Notes under the pieces: generated by a model
What the model saw: only the letters and a program-made list of their open reading frames with translations
What the model was told of the DNA's origin: nothing
Databases searched by the model: none
Source of the DNA: Vicugna vicugna
Lineage: Eukaryota
Length of the DNA stretch: 64,000 bases
Reading direction: 5' to 3'
Assembly: GCA_013265495.1 (NCBI GenBank)
Contig: MU059972.1
Span: 265,915 to 329,914 of the forward strand
Translations under genes and position numbers: made by a program
Shown: positions 57,846 through 64,000 of the stretch, in pieces
Layout: each line of letters opens with the position of its first letter
Position numbering within the stretch: position 1 is the stretch's first letter

Positions 57846-58959
57846 CATCAAAGAACACAGAATGCTTCTGTGAGGAAGAAGTTTCCTTCCGCTGCTTGCT
57901 CTCCGCAGCAGAGGAAAGGACGCCTGGGGGCCGAGCTGCGGGTTCTGCTCCCTCAGCCCACGGCTGACACCCAGGAGGCTGGGGGTGGGGGCCCTGGCCC
58001 CGACCCTGGGTCCCCACAGAGCGAGGCCGCCGGCCAGCCTCAGGGGGCACTTCACAGTCAGGGGCGGAGCTTTGAAACAACCGTCACTCAGGTGGAGGCC
58101 GCCTGGCTCCCTTGGGAAGCTAGTATTTCTTTGCCAAACAGGTGTTTCAAGCCAGGCCCTGTGGATGCCCCGTCCAGTCCTTACGAGAGGCTGTCAGTCA
58201 CCTGCTGCTGCAGAGAAATCACACCAAAACTCAGCGGCTTAGAGCAGCAAAAAACAAGGATGAACTCACAGCCTTTCTGGGCTCAGGGAAACAGCAAGGA
58301 TTGTGGTGGCGCTAGCCAGGTCTCTCTGAAAGTGCAGGAAGGCGTCATGGGGCTGGAGAGCCCCTCTACAGACAGCCGGTCTGCTGGGCCCAGAGACCAT
58401 GGCCTGGCCTTGGATTCAAGGAGAAGCAGCTTCCAGCCCGCCTCTCGAGGGGAGGGGCAGCCTAGCCTTTTAGGGCCAGTATTTAAAGCCACCACGCACC
58501 CTGTGACAGCAGAGGCTGAGGAGGGTTTTCCATTGAGAGCTGAGGCCACATACCCAGCCTGACTCTGGCCTAGTGCTTGAGCCACTGACCACCGCAGGCT
58601 TTTGCAAATTCCAAACCCAGCTTCCGAACAGGGGGTGCTCTGAGTAGTGTGCTGGGGGCGACTTCAGAGGAGCGCGTCAGCCCTAGGAGCTCCCGCAGAG
58701 TTCCCTGGCCACGGCACACTTTCTAGGTCTGCTGGCTGAGAACCCCATGTGTGCTGCTGTTCTGAGCAAATGAGGCTCCCACTCCAGGAGGGGCAGCGCT
58801 GAGGAGCTGGGAACCATCGGTCTCATCTGCAGGTGCCACGCCAGGTGCCACGCCAGCTGCCAGCGTTTTTGACCACCCGGTACTGGGGTTCACTTCCTGG
58901 GGTTCCAGAGCCCTTGATGGAGGCCCATGCACTGAAAGGTGTATATCCAGGAATTACAC

Positions 58960-59060
58960 GGGGCTGGCAGGCCCTGCTTCTGCCACTGGCCAGCTGTGTG
59001 ACCCTGGGCAAGCCCCTGAACTGTTCGGAGCCCTGCTTTACTTCTCTGTGGAGTAGGAGC
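58960..59060 (-). mobile_element. MIR SINE fragment
   Basis: ctgccactggccagctgtgtgaccctgggcaagcccctgaac. Confidence 0.7.
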
Positions 59061-60678
59061 ATTGGCCGTCCTTCTGGTCCAGACTGTGGGTGACAAGAGA
59101 CAGGACTTCCCTCCCCCAGTTGGTCTGAGCAGACAGGGGGTTTATGGCTCCCTTAACAGGACGTTTGGCTGAGGAGCTGGATCCACGTCACCCCAGCACC
59201 ATTTCTCTGTCCACTTCCTCTGCACCCCCTCTTCCTCAGGTGGGCCCTGCCCATGTGGTGGCAGAGGTGACCAGCTCTCCTGGCTCCCATCCCACCAGCT
59301 TAGCAACCCCAGGACCAAGTCTCACTGGCTGGTCGGGGTGACTGTCCACCTGAGCCCATCACTGTGGCCAGGGGACAGCACGCTCACTAATTGGCCAGGT
59401 CTGGGTCACGTGTACACCCTGGGCTCTGGACAGTGGTCCAGACCCACGAAATACATGGACTGAGTGATGGGGCCCCTAAGGAAGTATGGCTGTGCCACAA
59501 AGGAGGTGGGTGGGCAGAAGCAGTTAGTGTCCACCTGAACCACCCCTGGAGCGGTAATCGCTTTGCTACATTACTGCCTCTAGGCAGAGTCGGCTGCCTT
59601 GGTCACAGTCACTGTGTCTTTACTGAGGAGCTCACCCCTGCAGGCACCCAGAAACCGTCCAAGGTGGTGCAGCCACACCTGTCTCGGTGGCTGGGTCGCT
59701 GGTGACACTCGCCCTCCCCGCTCGGGACCCACCCCACCCCCCACCCCATGGCCCTGCCACCTCCCAGATGTGGACAGAGACGATGCCTCTCTGGTGTCCT
59801 CTCCATCCCTAAAGAGACCAGTATCAGCCCTTCCAGAATTCAGTGGTAGCCCGGTTACCATGGCGATACCCATTATCCCTGCTTAACAGGAGATGAATCA
59901 GGAGCTAAAAATAGGCCCCCAGAGTGGACGCAGGGATGGATGGATGGAGAGAAGGAGGGAAGGAGCGATGGGTGGGTGGGCCTGGATTCAGGGTCGGAGC
60001 AGTTCGTTTTTTCCCAGACAAGATAATTGAGGAAAAATCTCAATCGGAAATCACTCACACAGGGCCAGGAGGGTCTGGTAGATGGTCCCTCCCGCCCCCA
60101 CAACACAGCACATAGCACCCAGCATGCAGGGGGTGCTAGTGACGCCAAGTGTAGCGGCCCCTCCGCATCTGGGCCTGCCCGTGCAGATCCTGGGTGGCGG
60201 CCACGGGAGGCTGCTTCTGGCCCTTCCTGGGGTCAAGCACCGACACCCCCAGCGCACCCTTTCATTCCTGAGAGGGCCCTTGGCTCAGTCCAGGAAGAAC
60301 GCGGTCAGCCTGACTAGACACTCCCCCGCCCCGGGCACCGCCCCTGCCGTTGGTGCAGTCCTCTGCTGAGGCTGGGGGGCAGTAAAGGCACAGCACTGCT
60401 GCAAGCACCAGATGACACTGTATTCTGCCCAAATGCCCCCAGCCCTGCAGGCCCACAGACACGGCGGGGAGAGCAGCTGGGGGGCAGCTCGGACAAGGAG
60501 GGATCTGGCTATAGGGACAGGAGTCGGGGGCCCAGGTTTTCCCAGAGATGGGGGTGCTGCCTGCTGATCCACCCCCATGAGGACCAGATGCAAAGGAGGA
60601 CTCCCCCAATCCCCCTTCCGCGCCCCCAGGACCCCTCCCACCCGCCTGGCTGGGGCAGAGCAGGTGTGCCAGCGGGGG

Positions 60679-61859
<1,181 letters not shown>

Positions 61860-64000
61860 TCAAACCCCAAGTCCACCGACCAGCTCTTCTCCCCGAGATG
61901 GCCAGGGGAGACCACAGACGTCCCTCAACCCACGGTTTCCAAGCTGCTCCAGGAGCTTTTTTGTGGAGCCTAAGTATTTGCGTGACCACACTGATCTGGG
62001 AGCACCCCCCCGGGGAACACGTTTGCCTGCCTCCGCCCTGCCTCTGACCCGAGGATGCCGGAAAGCCCACATCTTACAGACGGGACCCCAAGGCCCAGGG
62101 AACCAGGCTGACCCACGTCTGAGGCCAGAGGAGGAGGGGTGGGGCCTGGGGTGGGAAGGGGCCCCCACACTCTGAAGAGCCACTGAGATTCAAGGAATGG
62201 GCTTTGGCGAAGACACACCCTGGTCTAGCCTGGCCAGGTGCCCAGTGCATCTGCCAAGAAGACAGACTGGGACTTGCTTCAAATAAAAGTCAATTGCCAG
62301 GGTTAAAAAGACAAAACCTCTCAGTAGTCATTACTAAACATCTGAGTGAGAGAAAACACACAGGAGAAGAAGGGCTCACTCTGCACCTCCAGCCCTGGAA
62401 GGGGGGCTGTCCACCAGCTGGCCCAGCCCGGCCAAGTGGGCACCCAGCACTGCACCGTCTCTCCAGGGAGGGAACCCACAGATAGCCCAGCAGCCTGCCC
62501 TCTCTGAGCCCCCGAGCCGAGGGTGGGGTGAACAGTCTCCTGACCGGGACTGGAACTGCCCCACGTGCCTCCTCAGCGGAACCCCCAACGCCTGCCTCCC
62601 CGAGAGTAGCGCCAGGGCCCATTTAGAGCTCACAGCCCTGTGTCTCCATCACCACCTGGAACGGAAGCTTCACCTGAGCTTGGAAAGCATCACAGTCGGG
62701 GCCCTGGGAGGCCGTGTGCATCAGTGAGATGGGGCGGGGCCTCACCACGGGGCAGAGAGATGGTGGGAGGGAATTTCAGGTGAAGGCATTGGGGGTGGGT
62801 CCCGGGACGCTCCCCTACTGTCTGCCAGCATCAACCCTGCTCCGCTAAGATGGATATCTGAGCACCGACAAGGCAGAGGCAGCCTTGAGCACCTCCTGGA
62901 GTCTGGCCCCTCCCAGGGATCAGAGGACAGCGTGGAGGCCACCTGGAGGGTGAGGGCAGCAGACTCCAGTCGCGGGCCCTACTGGACACACACGTGGGCT
63001 TCTTCAGCCCAGGGACCTCGTGAGGCAAGGCAGGGTCGCAGCTGGAAGGACACACCCCCTGTCGGGGCAAGGCCGTATCTCAACCTCGTTCTAACTGGAA
63101 AAGCCATCAGGGCATGGACAGGAACGGTCACCTTTTAGCTGTGAAGATGGCCTGAGGGCTCTATTTTCTCTCTCGAAGAGGTTTATACTGATGTTTGCCG
63201 ATGAAATTATGTGTCTGGGACTCGCTTTAGAATAATGCGGGACCACGACTGCTGAATGTGACCCTGACTCCAGACTGGATCCTGAGCCAGGAGTAACACT
63301 GCGATGGAATTACTGCTGGGGCAACTGATGAAGCAGGAGTGTGTTCCACAGATGAAGCGCCGCATCCAAACCGTCACCCGGATCAGCACCCGGGCTGCGG
63401 GTGTGTGAGGGACACCGGGCCTGAGGGCGGACGGGCTGGGAGGACAAGAGGCTGCAGCCCAGGCCCCTCTCCCCACGGGGGGCGACCAGAGTCTGGACGG
63501 AGCACGGCTGGGAGGAAGAGCCCAGATCAGGAGACCTGGACACGGGCAGGGCAGGTCCTGGGACAATGTGGATGCGTCGGGTGAGACAAGATGGGGGCAC
63601 CTTCAGTGCTGGGCTGGGCTGGGGGGTCAGGAGGCCAGCAGGCGGCTCTCAAATGGCTCAGAAAGAAGACATAATAACGTACAATGTGGGGCCGGGAAGA
63701 GGGAGGGGGAGGGGAGGGGGAGGGAGCTGGGGAGGGGGAACTGCAGGAAGTGGGTGCAGGTGGGTCCAGGGGAGGGGTGTGCTGTTCTTCCATAAATTTG
63801 ACGTTTTTTCAAGATGAAAGCTGGAAGAAAGTAACAGCAGCACAGCCAGGCTCACAAAGCACCGTGACAACCAAAGCGGGGCCGGGCTTAGCACAGCGTT
63901 ATTCACGCGGATTAAACACGAACAAACACAGTAACAACGTGTGCACAACAGGACAGTGACCAGAGTGGACGTCAGCAAGTCAGCCTCCAGGGTGAGAATC

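Overview
GC-rich mammalian genomic DNA, syntenic to human 16q24.3 in reverse orientation. The tRNA-derived SINE family present suggests a camelid (inference). Gene order: 3' end of VPS9D1 (+), SPATA2L (+), CDK10 (-), SPATA33 (-), CHMP1A (+), DPEP1 (-), and the last two exons of CPNE7 (-). I built complete exon models with GT-AG boundaries and consistent phases for SPATA2L (411 aa), CDK10 (363 aa), SPATA33 (125 aa), CHMP1A (196 aa) and DPEP1 (410 aa). The rest is introns and intergenic DNA with old L1, L2, MIR, MLT and MER fragments, three CpG-island promoters and candidate tissue enhancers. Almost all entries in the ORF track are GC-rich noise. I found no wholly new multi-gene system. The most notable observations are: (1) CPNE7 looks inactivated (lost splice donor, frameshifted last exon, CpG-type missense decay); (2) an old mitochondrial insertion (ND3-tRNA-Arg-ND4L) sits between the SPATA33 stop and the CDK10 promoter; (3) the first canonical poly(A) signal after SPATA33 lies at the edge of the CDK10 promoter; (4) old L1 fragments show strong, patchy AT-to-GC drift. 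Comparisons with human or mouse proteins and with repeat consensus sequences are from memory and need alignment to confirm.
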